This document shows positions 26,801 through 37,900 of a stretch of DNA of 64,000 nt, one piece after another. Each line of letters begins with the position of its first letter. The stretch's first letter is position 1. The notes beneath the pieces are model-generated. The model made no database searches. It worked only from the letters and a program-made list of their open reading frames with translations, and was not told the origin of the DNA. This DNA is from Amoebophrya sp. A120. Its lineage: Eukaryota; Protista; Dinoflagellata. The translations under genes and the position numbers were made by a program. The stretch spans positions 3,381,320-3,445,319 of the forward strand of contig CAJINV010000004.1 in NCBI GenBank assembly GCA_905178155.1. The letters are read 5' to 3'.

Positions 26801-28114
26801 TCCAAGAGCAGAGTTGTGCTGGGAGGTTGCTATTGATAGATAGTCGTGCGTTTTTCGGTTCTCTTTTTCTCCGGTCCTCTTTGCTATTATTTGCGACACA
26901 GTGCAGTATATGTGCGCAGTCTTCTGCATTCGGGCCTCTTGACTTCTTGTTCATATCGAAGAGATAATCAAAGCGATTTTTGACAGACGCTTTTTTAAGC
27001 CAAACAACAAACAAAAAAGCACGACAAGGCAGACGAGACCACGTTAATATCAAGACGCATTGCTAGGACCAGCAACTGCGAAAACGAACGCATCGCGCCA
27101 CGCATTTCAGAACACGTTCTATGGCCATCACGGTACCGCACGACTAACCTCCTAGTCATCGTATTAGTTTGGACAGCGCACTACGGACATTGTATGGAAA
27201 GGTTTCTAAGCCACGCGGCTTGTGCCTGTGATGGGGCACTTGCGCCCCGCTGCTTTGTAGTGCTAGAAAAGAACGATTTCTAGGCTGGAAGCAATGCCGC
27301 TACCTGTGTGCAGTTGTTGTTGTGCCCCTTGGGTTTCACTCCCTGGCAGGGCAACCGCGTTAACCCGGACCTCCTGCCGCGGCTTGCTTCGTTGCCAGCT
27401 AATACATAGATTGCAGGAAAGTTCTTTTCATGTCTTTAATATAGCCGATCTTCACAACTTAATCACTATGGTCAGGCGAGAATCGTTTGGGTTTGCTTGC
27501 TTCCGCCCGATGAATAAGACTACCGTATGTAGTTGTTAATGCTTTTAGATTGCTTTCGATCACAATGAATTCCGGTGAAAATAGTCCTCTTTTTGCGATT
27601 CTACATGTCCTGCAGCCTCCTAGCAGGATCATGAATGAATGATGACTTTACCCCAAGCTGACGGAGTTCTTAGAAAAGTCGGCTTTTCTACCTTATGAAA
27701 GAGCTAACTAATTAGCAATGCACACGCAGTGTGTTTTGCCTTCTCTTGTTCCTTCGTTGTACAAAGAAAAAAACTGTACCGGTTAAAAGGGAGGACGAGC
27801 GCATGGATTTATTCTAAAACTTGGGCAGCGCGAAATCGGCGCCATAAGGTCTTTTATTAACGAAAACTAGTATGTCAGCGCCACAAGGTCTTTCATCATA
27901 CAAAACAACGGGGCAGAATGAGGGGGAGTTCCTACCTCTTCCTTGACTACCCGCTTTCTCGGTCCTCCTACTTCCTTGTCCTCGTCGATATAGAAGATCT
28001 TTGAGTTAACTTGCGCATCAAGATCAATCGCCTGAAAGCATCCCCGTCATAATGCCTTAGTCAGTACGAGGCCACTCTCAAGTCAGTGTAAGGTTATGAT
28101 CCACTACAAGCTTT

Positions 28115-28675
28115 TCATTTGAACTTTTCAAGAAGAAGGTATTTCAAATAGGCCTTTTTGCCACTTTCCCGCGCCTTTTCAATCACGATTTCGTGCATCT
28201 TTTCAATCACGATTCGTCGCTTCTCGTTTTCCGAGAGGGGCGAGTAAGCATTTGGCTCTTCAATGTTCTTTAAAAGAGAAGACACCTTCTCGTCCTCGAA
28301 CGGGTTCAAAGACAGCTCAGGGTCGCTCGCCACAAAGGGTTCAAATACCTCGGACGCTCTTGCCTTCAAATTCTTCGTCGCTATCTCTTGCCACTCCTCA
28401 CGGGTGAAACCAACGTCCCTGGCGGCCGCTTTGTTCACGGCCGCGACTCTCCCCGTGTCCCGCGGACCCAAGAAACCACGGCCATTCGTGTGGGCGTTGC
28501 GACCCGCCGTGGTGTCCAGGTCCAGCTCCGCGTTCCCGTTCGGCTCCACTGCAGCTAAGACGTAGAAGCAAGTATAGGATGGCTCCACGACCGAAACGAC
28601 CGTGAGCAAAGAACAAAGCAACATCTTCCCGAAGACACGCTCGGCGCTGCTCGCGGAGACTTTGCGTCCGTCCAT
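28115..28675 (-). CDS. Hypothetical protein with an N-terminal hydrophobic (signal-like) segment
   Basis: Uninterrupted ORF with protein-like composition on the same strand as its neighbours; no homology recognised. Confidence 0.45.
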   Translation of the reverse strand: MDGRKVSASSAERVFGKMLLCSLLTVVSVVEPSYTCFYVLAAVEPNGNAELDLDTTAGRNAHTNGRGFLGPRDTGRVAAVNKAAARDVGFTREEWQEIATKNLKARASEVFEPFVASDPELSLNPFEDEKVSSLLKNIEEPNAYSPLSENEKRRIVIEKMHEIVIEKARESGKKAYLKYLLLEKFK

Positions 28676-29601
28676 TTTGATGCTTCTTGCGTTAGTATTA
28701 GTAAGTAAATCAGGAAGCACTGAGTCAAATTTTAGGAACAAAACGAAAAGAAAGGAAAAGGAAGGACGGCCCGATATAAATCGGTCTGCACTTCGAATCG
28801 ATAATAGTACTTCTATAATAGAGGGAACAACCGAGGACGTCTTAATGCTTAAAACCGGAACTAAGTTCTGAACGTCAAAAGTATAAGAAAGTTGTGCGGT
28901 TCGTTATGGAGGAGAGGTTTGTTGGTGCTTTAGGTTGTGGTTGGTACTTCAAGAGTTGGATATTTGCTCAAGGCTATCAGGGACCTGTTGCTCGTGTATG
29001 TTTCGTGTAACCATTCCTCCGCGCGCACGTCAATTATTATCGCATTGCTTTTCAGATCCGGATTGCCCTGATCAGCACCATCGCCAACGTCTGATGCTCA
29101 CTTCATAATGTAGTACATCGAAGAGCCGTGCGCTCTCTTGACCGATGGGCCTAACAATTCATCGACATTGATCCAGCTGCAGTTGTACATTTTGATAGAT
29201 CATAATGTTGCACAAGATCAACCCTTTGCTCGCCTCTTATTGCCTGCGAGTAACTGTCTGTTGCACAAGGACAAGATCAAGATAAACACTGCTGCGAATT
29301 AATATAGTGGATCTTCTTGAAGACAGCGGAGCTGCGTGGAAAAACACGCGAACTTCGGCGATCTTTCGTTTTTTGAATTTCATCTTTGAAACGCTGTTGA
29401 GCACAGAGCTGTGCTGGTCAAAATTTTGCAAAGCCTATTCATTCTCAAGCTGTTGCGTCCGTGGTGCGCGGATATTGATGGCCGCCGCTCGCCATCGTAG
29501 TGCTGATAGTGCTGGATCAGTCGTAAGTAGTTCTTACTTGTGTTTGTGTACAACTACAGATGTTAGAGATACCGCTTTCTGGTTCCACGTACTACGACGC
29601 C

Positions 29602-30254
29602 CCGCGACAGGCCCCCGGAAGTGGCCAGGGGGGGCGAAGGCAGTTGTGAAAATCAGGGGGGGCGCCGAAGGCGATCAAGCCGGCGCAACAATTGGCGGAC
29701 AACGGCGAGCAGGTGGGGTGCGATTTGGGGCACGGGGCGGCCCCGGTTGTGGAAGCCCACGCGGGGGCAGCTTGCGGGGGCCCGGGCGCCCGCTTTTTTT
29801 CTTCTGCTTTGCGCGAAGGCGGCCGGGGCACAAGAATGCAGGGCGCCCGCGCGCTTACGGGGGAGCTTCGCCAAGATGGGCATCTCGTCGGGCCAGGTTA
29901 TTTGCAAAAGGCCGGGGCCCCGGACCTTCCGGGCGGGCCTCTGCGGGGGGGTCCTGAAGGGGGGTCCCAACGAAAAATAGGGGGGGGGGTCCCGCAATAG
30001 TCTTCGAGGCAGGCAAATCACGGCGCCCCCCAATCACCCGCCCGCGCATCATTCTAACGCACGACATTGACCGGCCGGGCCGTCCTTCCCCCGAATTGAT
30101 GCCGCTCCGTCGCGCCTCTTCTCGCTAGCTAGTTGCCCTGCATACTTTTGAGGCTTTCTTCCTGCGTTGCTTTTCAATATGGTAAGCGCAGGTACCCCAA
30201 GACCCATCGACGAAAATTTTATTGTTTTCAAAAATATCACTTTGCTCCCGCCAT
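29602..30254. mobile_element. GC-rich insertion X with an inferred 42-bp TSD
   Basis: 29560-29601 reappears on the right, split as 30255-30283 plus 31150-31162. Confidence 0.65.
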
Positions 30255-30283
30255 ATGTTAGAGATGCCGCTTTCTGGTTCCAC

Positions 30284-31129
30284 TGCTGTAAGCCTGTCGC
30301 GTAGGATTATGCTGCGCAGTTCTTCTGACCTTCTAACTCTTGGATGTGCGCTCACATGTGAGGAGTTCTCGGATGTGAGCTCGCATCTGAGGAATTCTCG
30401 GATTTGAGTTCGATATCAAGAAATCTTAGGAGCACACTTCTGCAGGCCAGGGCACGAGAGTGCTATCCGAGTTTGTGCTCTGACCTTGAAACACAGAAAA
30501 ACCCGCACAGCATCATCTTAGGCGGGGGCTTTGCAGAACTATGATCCCAGGTCTCGACGCGGCGAAAATCCTAGGGGCGCACTTCTTTATCTCCCCGACG
30601 TCGGATGATTTTGCGCGAGGTCTTCAGACCTGTCGCCGGCCAGAGCACAAATCCGACGTGGGGGCCTTGCCGAAATGTGCTCCCACACAACAACAAGATG
30701 AAACCGATGCAAAAATGCTTGGTGAATATTTGCAACCGAAGATCGCGGTCTTTCTGCATCTGCTGAGCCTCCACCAATTAAAGGCGTTTCGAACCCAGTG
30801 CAGCGGCGATTGGCAATTTATCATTTTGGATAAAATGTTAATTGTTACTACTAACATACCGACCTTTGCACGAACAATATGGAATTACGCAAAACCGATA
30901 CTCGAATTTGAAGTTGAAAGGGACAGGGAGTTTAGTTTCTGGCGTCTTTCGCGACGGGGTACCCATCATCGCCACCGACTCAGACTGGCGGAAGACCTGA
31001 GCGGCCCGTGTATTCTTTCGAGACAGTGCGGCAACGNTGCAAGCTAAACCCCCCTCGCGGTTTGTTTCCATTTTTTTCAAACCTAAGCTTTCGGGAACAA
31101 GGGTAGGAACTAATTTCTGTAAGCCTTAA
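30284..31129. mobile_element. Insertion Y with a 20-bp TSD, nested in the right-hand TSD of X
   Basis: at(g/a)ccgctttctggttccac at 30264-30283 and 31130-31149. Confidence 0.65.
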
Positions 31130-31621
31130 ATACCGCTTTCTGGTTCCACGTACTACGACGCCGGTTCTGCCTTGCGCCTGGTGGAGCGGCGTTTTTTCAT
31201 ATCAACTTCAGGTACTATGTTGAAAAAGGAGATAGGCGCGTCGAGGAAGAACTTTTGAGTTCTTGTAAGAGAGGAGCAACAAAATTGTCGTCTTCGACGT
31301 TCTTATCTTCCGCTCATGTAGACGAAAAGATGAACAGGACTGAGACCACTCTGGGTCTGGCTCGGTTGATGTTCCCATTAGTTTTTATCCGATACCAGTA
31401 GCAGTAGAATGATCCTTGGATAATTTTTATTTCCACGAATCTAGCGAAACGAATGTGCAAAGAAATAGAATCGAAACGTAAAATAAAATGAACACGAGTT
31501 ACAGTTAGATATGCTGAACATAGCTTCTCGTCTCTAGTACAGCGTGTTCTTGTTGTACAACTACCAGGGTGTACAACGAAGAACAACGCCTAAAAATTAT
31601 AGCAACTGCTATACATAGAAA

Positions 31622-34590
31622 TCACATCGGGCGGTAGTTAGGATCCATTCCTTTTTCCGGCCATCCCTTATCCAAGAAAAAAACTGTGTTAGTGTAACTT
31701 CCTTGAAAGAATAGCATCACAAATTTGCTCTGCATGACCGATAGAGCTCTTCATGCGCGGCTGGTACGTGAAAACACGTACGAAAAGAGCGTCTGATGCA
31801 TGTCCAGCATGACTACAGGTGTAATTGTCTTGCATCGTCTGCAATACAAAGTTACAATTACACAGCCTTTTTGTTGGATATCCGTCCTTGCGCTTGCACA
31901 CGGACCCGCTGAGCCCCACCCCCGCGCCGAGATACGGAAGGCCCTGACCGTTCCGCAGGGTGCGCATGCATTGCCCGGCGATTAGGGAAAACCCCCCACT
32001 CTGCACGTATAGCACTTTCGGGATGAGCACCATGTCGCTGATATCGTTGTCCGCGGCCTCCGCCCGGTCCGCCAAGGTGGTTTGGCTCTGCTTGGGCGGA
32101 ACCTGGTACTCGATCCGGCCGGGTATCCTGAGTCAAAACATCCCCACCCCATAGTTGTCATGCAGATTTGCGACTGCAGGATGATCTGTAATGCGAATCT
32201 CCATGAGAGGCATTTCCAATCGCGTTCTGGAATTTCTAATGCTGTAAGCAGGATAAGCAGATGGATTTGTGATGCGGTTGTCCTTGCTAACATGCACTAC
32301 ACTACGGACTGCAACTTGTCATGCGTGGCTCCCAAAACTTCTGGACTTGTGTTGCTAACTTCCCAACTTGACTGTGGGGTGGGGACGTTTTTACATGTGA
32401 TACCGGGCGCGCCCCAGTCTACCGCCGGCAACGCGGCACTCCAGGTGTCCCGCAACGCGGCCTTCACATCCTCCAGATAGTCCAAGGACGGCTGCGCCGG
32501 CGCGTCCCTGTTGCCGTGGTAGGGATTGGAAAAAATTTTCACAAACTTCACGGAGGAATCTGTTCCATGCGTATCGTGCGAAAAAAGTTCTTGTCGTGCT
32601 ACAGTTGGTTCTTACACGCCGACGACACTTCAAATTAGATACTTTGGCTGATTCATTCTTTTTTGGCAAAACGTCGGAAATCATAAAGCAAAAAGTAGTA
32701 AAAAACCCAGCGTCTGCGTCTGGACGAGATTGATATAATGGGTTCCTAAGAACATAGGCTCTTCCTAAGCTGCAGAAGTTGCTCGGGCAGGCTGACATCA
32801 GATGAGGGTGAGCTTGTCTGTGACCTTAGCCTGTTTAAGTATTTGCCGCAAGAAGAACGCCGTATTTTTCGGTTGTAAGTATCTGTGTCTGGTGTGACAA
32901 AACTGACGGCACGTTTGTTTTCATCGCATAATGTTCCGCGGGGGGCTTCCAGTAGTCCCGGTACTCGGAGAGAGGGTAGACGTAGCAGTAACGCGTTGCA
33001 TCAATCAAGCTCGCGTGAAACTCCTTCTCAAAGTCGTCGAGTGTGCTGGTGCCTTGCTGAATTGGGATATTTATGACAATGCACAACTCCCCCTCTCCCT
33101 CATTTGCATAGCATGAACGGCAATACAAGCATCAGTAAGAATGCCGGCTCTGCATGACAAATTTCCACTGGAGTGTAGTGCTATTTGGGCTACCAGAACT
33201 TGTCATGCAAACAGTGCCAAGAGGCACAGCCTGGATTTGCGATTTTGCATGGCAAATGAGGAGGAGGGGGAGTTGTGCACTCTCATAATATTGATCACAT
33301 CCCCACTGCGCACGTGCATGTTCGCCTCCGCCGCGTCGCCCTGAAAGGGAAAACTGACAACATCCCCCAACACCGGCTTGCCCGCTTGATCGAACCCGGT
33401 GATCTTTTGTGCGCTAACAAACCCGCCCGGCTGCGCCAGCGCCGCCCGCCACCGGCCCAGTAATTTCCATTCCGAGTCCGTGAATACCCTGGCCGCCAGG
33501 CGCTCCTTGCCCGGAGCCGGCACGTGCAGGTCCGAGGCGTCGACCTGCTCCGTATCACGGTCGTCCTCCGTGGCGGTAAAGTTACCGGACCAGAGAAACT
33601 GCCGCGCCAAGATACAGTTCGACATGGCGTCCTATGCGCTGCAAAAACGTCTGGTGGGTCTGGAAGTATGCACTAGATTTCTTCTCAACATGCTCGGCTA
33701 GCATGACGCATGATCGGCTGTATGCAGTCAGTCAACATACTTTCCCCTTCACCAAAAGGAGGTAGAAGTACAGTCATACACTGTCATGCAGAGCAACTCC
33801 TGCAGTGTGTCATACTTACAGGATAGACAAAAACACCCAGCATCGCAAAAACTTGTCATCTTTAGCCGTCAATTTTGCAGCAGCCGTGCTCGTGACTTTT
33901 TCCCAACCAGCATCACAAGCTTCCAGACGCAGATCGATGTTTGCATTTTTGATACGTCCCAGTCGTTTCCAATTTGCGTGTTCAACGAGTAACAGGCCGC
34001 CAGGCTGTACGGGGCAGTATGCAAGAAAAAAGCTGTGGGTTTGTGATGCAAAAAAAGCAAAACCGTTACGCTTGTGTGTCATACTGGAAGTGCGTCATAG
34101 GCATAGCCATGCTTCATACGTGTTTTCACATAGTACCACTACCAGCTGCTGCGCATGACAGGTTTTTTTCTGTAAAGGCAAAACGAACTTGTGATGCTGC
34201 TCTTCCTACACAGTTACACGACCCACACGACACTTTTTTCTTGAATAGGCATTCCGCCGATGGCAGTGGCCGCGGCCGGCGGCGAAGGTCTTATAGGCCT
34301 TGACGAAGTCCCCGAGGGAGTAGTAGTAGTAGGTTTCAGATTCACAGTTCAGGTCTTGCAGCCACAGCACCGCCCCCAGTCCGCCGGCGAAGAGCGCGAG
34401 CGCAAAGCCCCGGTGCATCCACTGCAGGCACCCGGATTTGTCCGAGGCGGGCTGGAGATCGATGAAGCTACCCTGGTAGTAGACGTCGCCGTCCTCGTTT
34501 TCGCGCCACTGCACCTCGTCGCTGGGGTATTTCTCCCGGAGCACCTGGCTCGCCGCGTTGTAACTGTCGAGGTTGCTCCTCCTTTATGAT
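31622..34590 (-). CDS. Putative type II membrane glycosyltransferase, fucosyltransferase (GT11)-like; 5' end uncertain
   Basis: TM segment FALALFAGGLGAVLWL, then MHVRSGDV (HxRxGD) and DNDISDMV...YVQSGGFSLIAG; frame restored across the introners to TGA at 31622. Confidence 0.5.
31669..31880. mobile_element. Introner type B
   Basis: TSD tccct/tccgt. Confidence 0.9.
32124..32402. mobile_element. Introner type C
   Basis: TSD ccggg/ccggg. Confidence 0.93.
32572..32737. mobile_element. Probable old introner with only one recognisable B-type end
   Basis: tatcgtgcgaaaaaag...gatata; TSD atgcg/atggg; frame plausible. Confidence 0.5.
33072..33287. mobile_element. Introner type F
   Basis: TIR tatga.a.tgcacaactccccctc...ctcatttgc; TSD atatt/atatt. 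Confidence 0.92.
33633..33954. mobile_element. Introner, degenerate type A
   Basis: TSD cgtcc/cgtcc. Confidence 0.88.
34018..34247. mobile_element. Introner type B
   Basis: TSD ggcag/ggcat. Confidence 0.88.
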
Positions 34591-34936
34591 CCAGTAAAGA
34601 ATTATATAAGGTGTCTGACTGCGAGGAATTCTTTTTTTGTAGGGAGGAGTAAATCTAAATCTAAATCTTCTGATGTGTCGTCAAAAATATCATATAACAT
34701 GATGACAGTGAAGATCTGCCCTGCGCGCTCCCTCAGGGAAGCCAACGAACCACGTTAACGGAAATACTTTTCCGTCTGTAGAAGTAGTACCGAACGATGC
34801 GGCTACTAGTTTCTTGTTGCGTATAAATATGCATGTTGCAAGGCGATCGCGTCTGTGGAGATCATGTTGCCATGCCCGTGCCTTCTTGTCTAAAACCCAG
34901 AAATAAATCACAACAAGTTCGACGCAGCGAGACACT

Positions 34937-37900
34937 TTATTTCGAGATCTCCTTCCGTATCCTGGCGCCCCCGCCTAAAAACGCTTGACCTTCCTCAGCG
35001 TCGTCGCTGCTGTCGACAGAACTAGGCCGTCGCTTTATCCTGAGTAAAAACGTACCCACACCATAGTCAAGCTGGGGATCTTGCAACACAAATCGAGAAG
35101 TTTTGGGGGTCCAGCATGACAAGTTCGTCTCTGTATTGTAGTGCAGTTTAGCAAGCACAGCCGCAACACAAATCCATCTACTCATCCTGTCGACAGCATT
35201 ACGAAGCGCCAAACGCGATTGGAAATGCCTCTCATGTGGATGCGCATTACAAATCTTCCTGTAGCTGCAAATCTGCATGACAACTCTGGGGTGGGTACAT
35301 TTTTGCTCAGGATACGCTTCTGGTTCAGAAAAGCCGCCAACATGACGAAGGTGTAGAACAAAACCAGAAAGAAACTGTTGTATCAAATGCCAATATGTCT
35401 CGGTCTGGAAGATTGCCAGGCTTGTCATGCATATTTGGCACGACCCATGACGCCTGTAATGCATGACCTAGCATCACAGATTTTTAGAGGTCTTTCTGAT
35501 TCCTATTCTGCATGAGAAATGCCCTCTCCGCGTAGCAGACTGGACTCCTCTTGCCTGCCATGCAATACAGATTTTTTTTGAGTCCAAAGATAGCATCACA
35601 AGTCGCATCCTTCCAGACCCAGACATAATTGCAATGCATATGTTGATCACCTGTCCCATGTACCCCGCCGGAAGGTAAATTGCGACCGCGTCGTATCCTG
35701 AGTAAATTCAGTGCGTCCCCAGCACACGCCCACTGTTGTTAATTTTATCATGCGGATTTTCCTCTCAAGGAGCATAATTCATGTGTGATGCGCATCTTCG
35801 TCTACTTCCCCATGTTGAGACGAGGCATTTATTCTAGTGTTGCATGTAATGCTGTGAAGTAACTCCGCGTCTTTGTGATGCAGCTGTTCGTGAAGGTAGA
35901 TACCGGCACTTCTACGCTGCAGAACAAGAATTGCTATGCGTGAGCATTATAATTCCCAACTAAGGTGGTCGTGCTTGGGGCTATCCAGGAAAAAAAGCGT
36001 GTAAGTGTAACTTTCTTTGAGAAACAGCATCACAAATTTGCTCTACATGACAGAGAAAACCTGTCATGCGTGGCTTGTAAGGAAAAACACACATGAAAAG
36101 AGGACTTCATGGCTGTCTGGCATGGCAGGCGCAACTCTGTTGCATGTCCTGCAACACAAATTGACACTTACACAGTTTTTCTCTTGCATATGGGGCGGGC
36201 CACGTTTTATTTACTCCGCATACGCCGCTGTCCTGGATCAGGAGCATGTGTAGCGGGAGCTGCAATATAACCCGCTCAGGTGTTACAAACTCAAATCGGT
36301 TTACCATAGAATATGGAAATCTGTGATGCAAGAAGTGCATGATCTACCCTACTCCCATAGGACTATGCATGACAAGGCCTGGAGTTGATGTCCCAATCCG
36401 CACTACAAAAATCTAGCGACATTTGTACTGCAGAAAGTGGAAAAGTGCTGTCCGAGTCTGTCATGTTCATCATGCAAGACAAATCTCAGATTCTATGGTA
36501 ACCGATTTGAGATTGTAACGCTTGAGCAGGTCATATGCAACGCAAACAGTATGTGGCGGTGGACGTCAAACCCCGCCATACGGCGGTCCTGTTCCTATCC
36601 TGAGTAAAAATATCCCTACCTCAGAGCTGTCATGCAAATCTGCACGCCAAAAAAGTTTCTCATGCGGAGCCCCATGAGAGCCATTTTCTACTCCTGTTCT
36701 GGAACTTGCGATGCTAAAATCAGCATGATGCGCTACATCTGTGATGTTTCGGAACTAGCTAAACAGGACTACACTACGAGGATAATTAAATTTGTCATGC
36801 GAAACAACCAGAGGTGGCTGATTTGTCTAGCGGATTTCCCATCTTGACTCTGGTGTGGGGACATTTTTACTTAGGATAGTTCCGCGCGCGTCTTCAGGCA
36901 GGCCAACGCCGAAAAGTCCCCGGCCGCTTATTACAGTGAAAAATGCCCCCACCCCCAAAGTTGCAGCAACAACTTGTGATGCATAAGGTTTTCAAGAAAT
37001 GAAGAACTTTTTTATCTATGCGTGAAAGTAGGAGTATGAACCTTTCTGCTGCAAAATCTAGGTGTGTATCCGACATCGCTTGCATGACAAGCGCCGCTCC
37101 TGTTGGGGTCTTTTGCAATACGAATTTTTGCTATTCACGATTGAAAACCTGTGATGCTGATAGGTGCATGAGGGCGAATGTTTCATTTGGAAAGGTTTGC
37201 AATACAAATGCCCCCAAGTTCGGGGGGTGGGGGCATTTTTCATTGTAATACCGCTTGGGCTAGGTACATCAGGAAGACGATGTGGGAGAGAATCAGGTAG
37301 TAGGTCATATACACCCCCTCGCCGTAGATCTGATACGTATGTATTGTTTGAGTTTCGTTGTTACTATCATGGAGCGGCTCGATCGTGACAATAAACGTGC
37401 GGCGGCGATGAACTGCGCTGAGCATTGAGGACTCTAAGAGCTTTTATACAATAGCGGCCACAACCTGAAGCTTGTTCAGACGACACCTCTATTCAAGACC
37501 TTCAAGAGGACACGACCAAGAACACCATCTTTAGTACTTTGTTCAGCAACTCACTTATTAAAAGTTCATGGTGTTCATGCAGAAAATAATTTTTTAGCAT
37601 CTCATTTATACATCCCCTTCGTTTTCCAGGGTCGCGCCGTCGTCTGTCCGCGTATACACCGCAAACACCTTGAGAAGGAACTGATTGTAGGCAAGAGGGT
37701 AGACAGAGGGTAAACAAGAGGTGGCCGAGAGGTCAAAAAGAGGCCAAAAGAGGTAAAACAGAGGTCGACAGAGGTGGAGAGGTGGGGCGGGACCCTCCCC
37801 ACTCGAGAGGGTCGGCGAGAGGGTGCGCGAGTACAGCCCGCCGAAGCGCTCACCCTAAAGCGCCGCCTAAGTGCCTGAGAGGGTGCAGGGAGGTCAAAGA

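Noticed and set aside
28960-28975. tttgctcaag as a relic dinoflagellate spliced leader
   Set aside because: Too short, mismatched, and on the strand opposite the genes.
30541-31047. 168-aa ORF in insertion Y as a transposase or RT
   Set aside because: No DDE, RT, endonuclease or tyrosine-recombinase motif recognisable.
34585-34700. Additional introner starting tatgatccag
   Set aside because: No convincing partner TIR or TSD found.
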